DNA of 64,000 nucleotides from a virus: IMG/VR virus record IMGVR_UViG_3300032309_000634, positions 19,791 to 83,790 of that record; one strand, 5' to 3'. Shown piece by piece: positions 38,225 to 48,206 of this stretch (position 1 is its first letter; each line of letters starts with the position of its first letter). The notes under the pieces were generated by a model. It saw only the letters and a program-made list of their open reading frames with translations, ran no database searches and was not told where the DNA came from. The position numbers and the translations under genes were made by a program.

Positions 38225-38908
38225 TTAAGGAGCAGCAGGAGTTGTAAAGGTTATTGAAGCAGATGCGCTAAGTCCAGTCTGGCTTGAGCCACCATAAACA
38301 GTTACCGTAACGGTATATTGTGTTAACTGAGTTCCACCAGTCATTGTTCTTGATGTAGCTGTATTTCCACCTGATCCATTAAGATTTGAGCTAGGTGAAG
38401 TTGCAATCATGTATGAAGCCTGATTAGTAGAACTCCAACTTAAGAATCCTCCATTATATGCTGGAACAATTGAAAGATTAGTAATTGTTGGCTGTGGTGG
38501 TGATGGGAAGAACGGGAAGAAAGGTGGGAAGAACGGTGGGAAGAACGGTGGGAAGAACGGGAAGAACGGTGGGAAGAACGGTGGGAAGAACGGTGGCGCT
38601 ACTGGAGTAAATGAATTACTAGCAGCAGAACTTAGAGAATCTTGAACGGTATTATTTAGTTTAACAACTGCGGTATAAGAAGTACCATTAGCTAAACCAG
38701 AAATAGTAATTGGAGATGTAGGACTAGTTCCAGTAATTGAACTTGGAGTTGTAGTTGCTATATAAGTTAAAGATGTGTTAGGTTTTCCAGTATTAGATGG
38801 AGCAGTAAAGGCTACAGATACACTAGCATTACCAGCAGTTGCAGCTCCAATAGTTGGAGTTCCTGGCTGGCGATTATCTGAAGAACTCGTTACTCCTGGA
38901 ATTGGCAT
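38225..38908 (-). CDS. FN3-domain protein with 31-residue Pro/Phe tract and a second FN3-like domain
   Basis: PGTPTIGAATAGNASVSVAFTAP; P/F tract 38504-38596; start 38908 overlaps upstream stop. Confidence 0.85.
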   Translation of the reverse strand: MPIPGVTSSSDNRQPGTPTIGAATAGNASVSVAFTAPSNTGKPNTSLTYIATTTPSSITGTSPTSPITISGLANGTSYTAVVKLNNTVQDSLSSAASNSFTPVAPPFFPPFFPPFFPFFPPFFPPFFPPFFPFFPSPPQPTITNLSIVPAYNGGFLSWSSTNQASYMIATSPSSNLNGSGGNTATSRTMTGGTQLTQYTVTVTVYGGSSQTGLSASASITFTTPAAP

Positions 38909-39681
38909 TATGCAATCAAGTCTCCTGCAAGTACCCAAGTATCTGTATTTAGCTTTATTAATGTTGCCATTGATCCAGCTGCACGTATTTTTGCTCCTGG
39001 GGTTGCATATGAAGTAATTCCAGCAGTGAAAGCAACTGTAACTCCTGTTGTAAGTGCAATTAAATGTATCTGAGTTCCAATAGGATATGCAACTGTTGCA
39101 TTAAGTGGAACGGTAAATGCATAAGCACCATTCATTTGAACTAGCGTATTAGCATCAGATAAAACAAATGTATACCCTGCAGTCTTTGCTGTTGTGTTTA
39201 CATTGAATGGTTGAAAATTTAAAAGGCTTGTTCCATTACCAACTTGAATTTGTTTATTTGTAGTATCCCAGGCAATTCTTGCATCTGTTGTAGAAGATGA
39301 CGTAGTTATAGCAGTTGCTGCAGCTGGAGCATCCCAAGATAGTCCAGAAGCGGTTGCGCTGTTTGCAGTTAAGATTGTTCCGTTAGCTCCAACAGTTACA
39401 ACAGATAAAGTGTCGTTTGCTGATGCTGAAAGCAAATCACCTTTTGCGTTAAAACTTGATGCTTGAAGTCCTCCTGCTGTATCAATAGCATCAATCTGAT
39501 CTTGTAAATCATTGATTGTATACGCAATAGATGGATTAATTAAATTGGCTTTATTTGCATTTGATACGTTATATTCATCAGATCCATAGTGATATGTTCT
39601 AAGTGCAGCCTGAATGTCAGCTGGGCTTGCAAGACCTGGAACTGCTGTTTGTACTAAACTACCTATGCTTTCGTATGCCAT
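38908..39681 (-). CDS. Fibre-like protein with C-terminal YPIGT...TWVLAGDLIA domain
   Basis: KGDLL...VGANGTILTA motif; C-terminal domain paralogous to 31375..33447. Confidence 0.7.
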   Translation of the reverse strand: MAYESIGSLVQTAVPGLASPADIQAALRTYHYGSDEYNVSNANKANLINPSIAYTINDLQDQIDAIDTAGGLQASSFNAKGDLLSASANDTLSVVTVGANGTILTANSATASGLSWDAPAAATAITTSSSTTDARIAWDTTNKQIQVGNGTSLLNFQPFNVNTTAKTAGYTFVLSDANTLVQMNGAYAFTVPLNATVAYPIGTQIHLIALTTGVTVAFTAGITSYATPGAKIRAAGSMATLIKLNTDTWVLAGDLIA

Positions 39682-39717
39682 GAATCACCTCTCTAAGAAT
39701 TATATCACAAAGTGTGA

Positions 39718-40323
39718 TTAAGACTCATCTATTCCTGCAACTATTGATATAAATAGATGGGTCGTTACAATTCCATCTAAAGGAACCCATTCTGCTGGTC
39801 CTGAATCGTCATCATACTCTACTGCTTTAAAATTGATTACAAGGTTTGTTCCAGATCCAACAAGTGCTGGTATGGACATAGATGAGCCTAATGGGTTTGA
39901 GTGTGCAATACTGTATTGAATATTAAAGTTTTCTGCTGTCAATGGAGTACCAGCTGTAGTTACAATATTAGATATTGGAATACTGATCTGTGCTGCACCA
40001 GCAGTATAATTTGTTAAATGTGTTTCAGAATATAAGACGGGATTCATATCAAGAACCTGAATCCACTCATTGCCACCAGGTTTTGCTACATATTGATAAA
40101 GATATCCATAGTCTGCTCCTGGAGCAATGTTGATATACATATCATTTAAAATTAAAGTGTTTCCAAATAAAATACCATCATTTGTTGCTAAGTCAGGATC
40201 TCCTACGCCTACAATAAATCTATTGCCACGAGTTCCAGCTGGACCAATATCAACCAATACCTCAACAATATTGGGTGGTCCTACAACCGCTATACTATCA
40301 GTTGACACTAATACTTCAGGCAT
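39718..40323 (-). CDS. Minor virion protein
   Basis: GPAGTRG..F..G.GDP...DMYIN fibre-like motif. Confidence 0.5.
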   Translation of the reverse strand: MPEVLVSTDSIAVVGPPNIVEVLVDIGPAGTRGNRFIVGVGDPDLATNDGILFGNTLILNDMYINIAPGADYGYLYQYVAKPGGNEWIQVLDMNPVLYSETHLTNYTAGAAQISIPISNIVTTAGTPLTAENFNIQYSIAHSNPLGSSMSIPALVGSGTNLVINFKAVEYDDDSGPAEWVPLDGIVTTHLFISIVAGIDES

Positions 40324-40679
40324 TAACCAGCACCTGTAATATCATTTGTTGATGTAATTGTTCCTGTTAAAAGTGTAAATATAACATCTGGGTTTGGGGT
40401 TACGTCAGTTATTTGAACATCATATACATATGTACCAGCTGCTAAATCTCTTCCTATTGATGGAGTAATTGTACAAGTTATAATATTTGTTACATCATTT
40501 ACCACTGCATTTGCGGTACGAGTAAGAGTAGGGCTAGGGCCTCTCGTATTTGCTATAGTAAAAATTGCACTATAACCAGTTAAATCAAATGCTTCCCCAT
40601 TGGAGTTTTTTGGTTGAATAACAAATTCTGCTGTATCGCCACGATAGTAATTAAAATTATAAGTTCCTGGAAATGCCAT
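40323..40679 (-). CDS. Virion adaptor-like protein
   Basis: YRGDTA...DLTGY...GTYVYDVQI...LLTGTI. Confidence 0.55.
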   Translation of the reverse strand: MAFPGTYNFNYYRGDTAEFVIQPKNSNGEAFDLTGYSAIFTIANTRGPSPTLTRTANAVVNDVTNIITCTITPSIGRDLAAGTYVYDVQITDVTPNPDVIFTLLTGTITSTNDITGAG

Positions 40680-40703
40680 GATTCCTCCTAATACATTATA
40701 CCA

Positions 40704-41441
40704 TTAAGACACTGATATATACATGCCCTTTAAAATAATTGTACTTTCGCTATCTGTTCTTGCCTGAATTATTCCACCCTCAGATTTAATCTTTGATATG
40801 TCTATGTACAGGGTTTGATTGAATGACATTTCGTATGGATATTTATATTTTAACATTCCTATATATCCTGTTGGTGATTCAACTCTTGGAATATATGTTC
40901 TTAGCCAAGCTTCTGTGCTATTTGAGTCCGTGCTTAAAATAATGTCATATCTAATGTCGACTTTTGCCCCTACTTTTAGTTGTTTAAAATTAATTCTTCC
41001 AGTGTTCTGATTCCACAATGAAACTCCTCCTATTGGAAGAAATGACAATATATTATTCTCTGGATCTTCGTCTATTGATAAGGTTACCCAACCATCATCT
41101 CCTCTATTTGGACCAAGATGTATTTGTCTTTTATTTTTATTTTCATAATAAGCCCACCCAGGATATTGACCAGATTGGCTTTCATATGATTGACCGTCAC
41201 TTTTCCCAGGTTCTCCTTTAGGCCCTTGTGGTCCTGCTGGGCCAGACTTTCCGTCTTTGCCTGGTAATCCACGCTCTCCTCTTGGCCCTTCTGGGCCTTG
41301 TGGTCCTTGTGGCCCTACATCACCCTTTTCTCCAGTCATTCCTGGTACGGCAATGTATTCTGTATTTCCTTGTAATGATTGTTGAGTTAACTGAACTGTC
41401 TCAGCATATTTCTTTTTTGGAAAGTCCATGCTTTTTGACAT
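40704..41441 (-). CDS. Collagen-like (Gly-X-Y) protein
   Basis: GEKGDVGPQGPQGPEGPRGERGLPGKDGKSGPAGPQGPKGEPG. Confidence 0.85.
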   Translation of the reverse strand: MSKSMDFPKKKYAETVQLTQQSLQGNTEYIAVPGMTGEKGDVGPQGPQGPEGPRGERGLPGKDGKSGPAGPQGPKGEPGKSDGQSYESQSGQYPGWAYYENKNKRQIHLGPNRGDDGWVTLSIDEDPENNILSFLPIGGVSLWNQNTGRINFKQLKVGAKVDIRYDIILSTDSNSTEAWLRTYIPRVESPTGYIGMLKYKYPYEMSFNQTLYIDISKIKSEGGIIQARTDSESTIILKGMYISVS

Positions 41442-41527
41442 AAATTATTTTACCTTAAATGTTTTTTTACCAATTTTAATAACAGGTGGCAAATTAGTTT
41501 GTGGAGTAGATACTTTTACAACAGGCA

Positions 41528-41929
41528 TTAAAGGCTCGTTCCGCTAACATCACCAAGGACGCAAATAGTTCCAATAACTGGAGTCCAAGTTGTATCTTCA
41601 CCCTCTCCAGAGCCAGCTGGAATTACAACTTGCAAATCAAAAGAAAGTTCTGCTACTACAGACCTGTAGGCTGTGCCCCAATTTGCGGTAGTCCCAGAGG
41701 ATGCTTGAATTTCACCATAACCTAGTCCAGAAACAACAGGAAGATCATCTAATACTTGACCACTTGGATCATAGGCTGTAGCAATATAGGTCCAGTCTGT
41801 AGTATCGTATTTTGTTACTTCATCGTCCTCAAAAAATTCAATTTTAAGGTTTGCGCTGTCTCCACGAACTACTGTCCATTTAATATTTGCTGGAGTAGCT
41901 CCATACTTATCAATTGTAGGGGTGCACAT
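41528..41929 (-). CDS. Virion adaptor-like protein
   Basis: WTVVRGDSA...FDLQV...WTPVIGTI...DVS. Confidence 0.55.
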   Translation of the reverse strand: MCTPTIDKYGATPANIKWTVVRGDSANLKIEFFEDDEVTKYDTTDWTYIATAYDPSGQVLDDLPVVSGLGYGEIQASSGTTANWGTAYRSVVAELSFDLQVVIPAGSGEGEDTTWTPVIGTICVLGDVSGTSL

Positions 41930-42234
41930 AATAATTGATTATACCATAAAACTAACACCTAAGCTCAGTGGGTGGGGTGGGTAGAACCTAGGTGTTAGCA
42001 CTCTAAATTATATCTTATTTTATTAAAAATCCAGGAATATAGAGAGTTTAATAACAAAAAGTTATAATAAAGGTGTGTTAATAAATTGTTATAAAAAGTT
42101 ATAATTCAAAACGGGGTATCAACACAAAACCCAGTAATGTCTATGCTATACTTAAAATATATAAAGAAAAGAATATACTATAGTTAAGGTTTTTAAGTAT
42201 ATTAACTATATTATATATAGGATATAATAATTAA

Positions 42235-42849
42235 ATGATACATAAAACAGTATACCAAACACATAACTATAAATTTGAGGATCTTCCTGCTACATTAAAG
42301 AAAGCCTCTGAAACATGGATAAAATTAAATCCAAGTTGGAATTATGTTTTTATGGATCACTACCAAAGAGAAGATTTTGTTAAGCAAGAGGATTTAGAGC
42401 TATATGAAATTTATAAAGAAGTAAAACCACAAATACAGGCAGACATTTGGCGCTATATAATAACCTATAAAAATGGAGGAGTCTATGCTGATATAGATTC
42501 TGTGTGTAGTATGCCGTTAGATCAAATACTTATGGGTTATAATGACCAAGATATGGTAGTTTTTAAAGATACTAAACATGTACCACCATATTTTTATAAC
42601 TCTAACTATTATGCAAAAAAAGAAAATAAATTATTAAAAGATGTAATGAATACTTTTAAAAATAGTGAGTATAAGTATGAGTACTGGACATCTATGACAA
42701 CTTGGAATAAAGTTATAAATAATAATTTAGACAAGGTTTTAATTGATTTTTCTTGCTTTATACACTCAAAAGATTTTTATGAAAAATTTGAAGATTTTTA
42801 TATTAATTACTATGGTGAAAAAATGCCATATAGTAAATTTAATTTGTAG
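42235..42849 (+). CDS. Glycosyltransferase, DXD/OCH1-like (GT32)
   Basis: IHKTVYQT, ADIWRY...GGVYADID; very AT-rich and on opposite strand to neighbours. Confidence 0.85.
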   Translation: MIHKTVYQTHNYKFEDLPATLKKASETWIKLNPSWNYVFMDHYQREDFVKQEDLELYEIYKEVKPQIQADIWRYIITYKNGGVYADIDSVCSMPLDQILMGYNDQDMVVFKDTKHVPPYFYNSNYYAKKENKLLKDVMNTFKNSEYKYEYWTSMTTWNKVINNNLDKVLIDFSCFIHSKDFYEKFEDFYINYYGEKMPYSKFNL

Positions 42850-42851
42850 GA

Positions 42852-43124
42852 CTATTTAGCTTTAGCTATATAATCTAAAAGAATATCATACATGTGGTCT
42901 AGCTTTTCCTTCATAACCTTATGATCTTCTTTCATCTGCTTACGACTAATATCTGCTTCGTACATACGAATTTCTAAGCGATTAATTTGATCTTTTACGC
43001 TTGAGCCACCATTGGTTTTAAGTTCGCTCAGATAATGTTTTACAAGCCATTTAATTCCAAAGGCTATAGATGAGACAATTGTAAGAATTGCTACAATTAA
43101 CGAAGCCCAGTCTTGTACAGTCAT
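42852..43124 (-). CDS. Membrane protein, possible holin-type
   Basis: One N-terminal TM helix, NGGSS(V)KD..RLE coiled coil, a pattern I associate with actinophages. Confidence 0.55.
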   Translation of the reverse strand: MTVQDWASLIVAILTIVSSIAFGIKWLVKHYLSELKTNGGSSVKDQINRLEIRMYEADISRKQMKEDHKVMKEKLDHMYDILLDYIAKAK

Positions 43125-43282
43125 AAGAGTTATTATATCATTATATAAGATTTTAATTTCGACGGGATATACAATTCGCCGAAAATAGAGATAACAAACC
43201 CTCCCCTAGACAACATATGGATCAAAGATCCAAACATGTCTTAAATCGGCTCCTAACCTCTGCTATAGGCTATAATAAGTAT

Positions 43283-43477
43283 ATGGATGATGTAACACCT
43301 TTTGACTTAATTAATGGTTCGCCCAGAGTTGAAAAAGATATAAAAGATATTCGCCTGGATATTTGTAAAAGCTGTGATTGGTTTAGGCCTAAAACCCAGA
43401 CATGTAAGAAGTGTGGATGTTTTATGGCTGCTAAGTCTATGTTGTTAAATGCTAAATGTCCAATTGATAAATGGTAA
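43283..43477 (+). CDS. Small Cys-rich protein (third DUF6171-like copy)
   Basis: RLDICKSC...CKKCGCFM..K......CPIDKW; TATAAT-N6-ATG at 43283. Confidence 0.75.
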   Translation: MDDVTPFDLINGSPRVEKDIKDIRLDICKSCDWFRPKTQTCKKCGCFMAAKSMLLNAKCPIDKW

Positions 43478-43544
43478 GAGGCCAGGAAGAATTTGTATTC
43501 CCCGAAAATTTTAATTATAACAAACCGTTATATATATAAAAACC

Positions 43545-43962
43545 TTATTTGTTATGGTCTGATTCGGATTTACAGCTACATCCATTACAACAAAAATCTG
43601 AAAATATTTTCATAGCCAGAGATTCGTATTGTGGTTCTGGTTTATCCCAGGAATATTCAAGGTTTTCTAAGATTGCCATTTAATTACTTCTTAGCAAGGT
43701 TTTCTGCGTCTATTAAATCATTAGCTGCATCAAGTTCATCATTTGCAATGTCTAAAGGAGTGTAGTGGTCTTTGTTCATATATTTACTCAGCAGGTTTTG
43801 ATTGATGTGGGGTTGTGCATGTGCATGCTGCACAGCAGTTATCCCCAGTATACTCAATATCGGTCATGATTCTGTCCCCTCGTTAATAGCAGCTTCTTCA
43901 GCAGCTATTCTTTCTTCTTCCGCAATCATTGCGTACTGTTCAGCAGTTGTATAAATAAACAT
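43545..43962 (-). other. Operon of four micro-ORFs (43864-43962, 43784-43867, 43684-43779, 43545-43679)
   Basis: TGCTACAAT-N6-ATG promoter; tightly packed/overlapping ORFs of 32, 27, 31 and 44 aa. Confidence 0.65.
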
Positions 43963-44100
43963 ATGTACATTGTAGCACAATTCTGAATAAAATTTTAAAA
44001 AACCAAATTGGCTAAAATCTGAATATTTTGTATTTGTGTATGATACACATTTAAAAAAACGTAAACACTAAATAATAGTGAGCACGTTTTCTTTTTTTTG

Positions 44101-44289
44101 TTAGATTTTCTTAGCCTTACCATGAATCCAACCGCTGTGAATTCCAGCAAGAGGTGCGTCAATATTCACGACATTTCCAATTGGTAAAACTTCTGCGTAT
44201 TTATCAATAAATTCAATAAGGTTTTCTTTTGTTGTGAATCCCATAACTTTTGTGCCACCTGTGACACTGGTTAATGTTGCGTTTATCAT
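44101..44289 (-). CDS. Hypothetical protein, paralog of 45194..45370
   Basis: TLTS..G.TK.M.F..K pattern; GGAG SD. Confidence 0.65.
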   Translation of the reverse strand: MINATLTSVTGGTKVMGFTTKENLIEFIDKYAEVLPIGNVVNIDAPLAGIHSGWIHGKAKKI

Positions 44290-46993
44290 TTATTTTTTCT
44301 CCAATACGTTAATAATAATTTGTAGATCTTTTTCTGTGAGTAGCACTGAGGCTGCTCCCCATAGTACGGCGTACTTATCTGTACCGTGATTTTCTTTAGC
44401 CAATGTAACGGCTTTTTCTCTTAGTTCATATTTATTCATTTTCTGTCCTTTGTTAGTTTGTATATTGGAAGTATAGCAGGGGGTACTGACAAATAAGGGG
44501 GTTACTTGCCAGTATTATTTAATTATTTTTGTGATTTACATCATAGTTTCTGAGTATGAGTAGGTCATAGACTCTCGGTCTAGGTATTGCCACATTTCAC
44601 GGGTTTTGTGAGATTTGTCTACTTTACAGAACCAATCCCATGAGTCACCTGCCCAATTACAGACCTGACATTTTCTAAGCAATTCGGTTAATTCTAATGA
44701 CATTTTATTGTCCTTTCTTTTTTCTTATACCGCAATTCTAGCAGGGGGCACTGACATTTTGGCATGTATTTCGGGCGTGTCGCAAAACTATTTTTGTGAT
44801 AAACCTCACATGACATTTTTCGAAAAAAGTTATCCACAGGGTGATGTGTATAACCTTGTCAAGTTGACACGCTGATAAGTTTATAACAATTTTATAACGA
44901 TTTATTGATGTGATGTATAACACATGTGTGCTATGTCACAATGTCCGAATTGTTCTATTTGTACCCCTGAAAATGTCAGACCCCTCTGTTAAACTTACAG
45001 TATAAAGAAAATAAAGAAAGGTGGTCACCATGACTACATTAGAAAAAATGACAGTATGCCTAGAGCATATCCCTAATTCCGCAATATCCACTTATTGTGA
45101 TGAGCAATTTACCTTTTGCGAGGTATGCGAGCAGAATATTGAAAGGTCTGCCGAATCCCTTAACGCATGGGGAGAATGGAAGGTATCTAAATAATGATAA
45201 CACTTACACTAACCTCATATAACGGCAACACTAAAAAAATGCCTTTCTATTCTAAGCAACAGGTACTAGATTTTCTTTCTGCGCTACCTTCACGCCTTAA
45301 CAAAAACACATCTCTAAAAGTAGAGTGTGACATCTTAGCAATTAACGGAACTATTAGAGGAGAAAACTAATGTTAGATTTTGATGTCGCTTTTGAAATTA
45401 AAACATGGTTTGATGACATGTTAGACGAATCTTATAAGCCTTTTGAAATTGGCAACTTATCTTTTTCTGCCTCACAGATTTTGCGAGAGTGCGACCCTGT
45501 TGCTTATCACCAATCGCTTTTAGATTTTGAAGACGCTATTAGAGAAAATGAGGAATTAGAAAATGAGTAAAGATATTTTTAATTTTGCTAACGCAATACA
45601 ATTAGATCATTTAACTAATGATCAACTTTTAGAATTAGAAAAAATACTTAACGGAATTGGAGAATAAAAAAATGGATCTAACTTTTTTCACTGATGGCAG
45701 AGCTTTATTTTTCTTAACTTTATTTTTTGCGTTTCGTTTTCTTTACTTACTCTCTAAGGAGTAAAAAAATTTCGAAAAGTCAAACCGACACGCCGTAATA
45801 GTTAAGATCGTTATTAAATTGTTACAGAATTTTCCCCAATGTGAGAATGATCACAAAAATAAATAAAAAAATGTCCGATTTGTTAGCATTTCCAATTTGA
45901 TTTTGTCAGTCTAATAGGCTAGACTTACATAGTAAGCAATTAAACGAAAGGTCAAAAATGACACTAGAGGAATATAAGGCGCTAATACAGGCGCAACGCA
46001 ACGCAAGCAAGGCTCAGGCTTTGTCAGTCCTATCCGCTACAATTAAAGAAATAAAGAAAGGTGACAACTAATGTCAGCAAAACCATACACAATAGAGGAC
46101 TTGCTAATCGGCAAGACTTATCGCTCAACTAATCGCCATGATGAAGGCGTTATCCAATACGCAACTCCCCGCCCAGATGTTTGGTACGGCTCAGAATTTG
46201 AAGCATACGCAATAGAAGTGCGCTCATCTCGTGGAATTAAAAACTTTTGGGCAACTGTTGCCGTTAAGGTAGGTGGATAATGATAAACTCAGTCTTAACT
46301 ATCCCCTGCGAGGACTGCCACTCAACTGGCTTGATCTTTTTTGGTACAGGCGAGGACTACCATGTCGAGCCTTGTCAGTGCCAAGATATACAATTATTTA
46401 ATACACCCGAAGCCAACTAACGAATAGGAAATAAAAATGACAATAGCAATAGAACACTCACTAAAGTTCGTAACCGAGTTTGATGAAACTCACCCAGTAG
46501 CAAAACAATTCTTAGCACTTAGCGAATTAGATCAAATTCAACTTTTGGAATCAGTGCTACATAAATTTATAGTGCCTGCTTTAGAGCCAGCACTTGCTGA
46601 AGTAAATGAACACGGAACTTATGCTATCCTAAAGGTGGTTAAATAAATGATGACTCGCAAAGACTATGTTGCTACTGCTCAAATTCTAAATGAGTTTAGA
46701 GATTTAATCCTTGATGAAATTGTATTCGCAGATTTAGTAGATGAATTTTCTGCGATGTTTGAAGTTGATAACGAAAGATTTTCGCATGAAACTTTTGTAA
46801 ATGCGTGTTATAAAGAAATGGCAGGTGTGTAATGATTTTAGATAACGGAACACTAATCGCAATTGTAATTGCTTTAGCTGGATCGCTTGGAGTGATGATT
46901 GCTTTTTGGCAACGCAACATTCAATTAGAAAAAGAAATTCGCAGGTTACAAGTTGCTTTGCGAACTGAACGACTAAAAAAGTAAAATAAAAAT

Positions 46994-47021
46994 AATCCTG
47001 AGCAAGATTTTAAACTGCTCA
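46994..47021 (+). ncRNA. Putative H-type pseudoknot RNA, copy 1
   Basis: AATC-CTGAGCA-A-GATT-TT-AAAC-TGCTCA. Confidence 0.6.
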
Positions 47022-47480
47022 CTAAAAATTTTCGAAGCGCAAAGTTATCCACAGCTTTACGTAGGTTGTCCACAAGCCCAGGTTTTGTGAGATTTATCAC
47101 AATTTTTAATTTGTATTTTTATTTTAAGTATGCTAAGATTATTTTATGACTAAGAAAACCGCTGAGGAATTACGCAGACTTATGGAACTTCGCCGTTCTA
47201 ATGCTGCCTCCGCCGTGCCTTCTAAAAAGACTTATACTCGCAAGGGTAGAAAATGTCAGTCTGCTATGCTAGAATTAAAAAATAACAACAACTAAGAAAG
47301 GTCGTGCCCCCATGACATTTGAAAACGATGAATTCTATGATGAGTTCTATGCTACTACCTGCCCTAAGTGTAATGAAAATGCTGTTGATGAATATATGCC
47401 AGTGTGTGATCATTGCTGGCTAAATGAGTTAGCAGATTCTGTTACTCATGAAGATATGGCCTTAGAAATGAGCCTCTCCC

Positions 47481-48206
47481 TTGACTACTAAATTAAAACG
47501 TTCTAATGATAGAAAGGTGGCTAACCTTGTCACAAAAAATGGAAAGCAAGCAGCAATTGCCAACACCTTCGGCCTACCCGCTGGAAAGGCTTATTCTTGT
47601 CCTGGCGCAACGTCTGTTTGCGAGAGTGTCTGTTATGCGGGAAAACTAGAAAAGGTATTCCCTAGCGTAAAGGTTAACTTACTTCATAACTGGTCCCTGC
47701 TAAAAGACGCAGACTATTTAACCATGCTTAATTTGATTGGTGAGATGATTGCTGATTTCAAAGCTGATTGTGTAAAAAAGAATGCGCCTATGTTATTTCG
47801 TATCCATTGGGATGGCGACTTCTTTAGCGATACTTATGCGACTGCGTGGTCTGATGTAATTAAACTTAATGCGGATGTACAATTCTGGGTTTACACTCGT
47901 GTTAAGTCTGCTGCTCTCATTCTAAAAGATATTGATAACCTCTCACTGTATTTTTCTGCTGATAGCGAGAATGTTAAAACTGCTGTTGATCTAAAAATTA
48001 ATAGTGGAGTACGCATGGCATACCTTGCTAAGAATTTTGCTATAGGTCAAGCAGATCTTAAAGAAATGATTGGTAAGCCTGCTGCTAAATGTCCTGAGAA
48101 TAATAAGCAAATTCCATTGATTAGCGCTGCTGGCTCCGCTTGTGTTTCTTGTAAGTTATGTGTATACTCAAAGAGTGACATAATTTTTTCTGCTACTAAA
48201 AAATAA
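47481..48206 (+). CDS. gp88-like (mycobacteriophage gene 88 family) protein
   Basis: FGLPAG...CPGA...C...CYA, FRIHWDGDFF, FWVYTR, C-terminal CP...C..CKLC. Confidence 0.75.
   Translation: MTTKLKRSNDRKVANLVTKNGKQAAIANTFGLPAGKAYSCPGATSVCESVCYAGKLEKVFPSVKVNLLHNWSLLKDADYLTMLNLIGEMIADFKADCVKKNAPMLFRIHWDGDFFSDTYATAWSDVIKLNADVQFWVYTRVKSAALILKDIDNLSLYFSADSENVKTAVDLKINSGVRMAYLAKNFAIGQADLKEMIGKPAAKCPENNKQIPLISAAGSACVSCKLCVYSKSDIIFSATKK

Noticed and set aside
41952-41998. 10-bp inverted repeat enclosing GGGTGGGGTGGG (G-quadruplex or ncRNA)
   Set aside because: Only three G-tracts and a single copy; function cannot be supported
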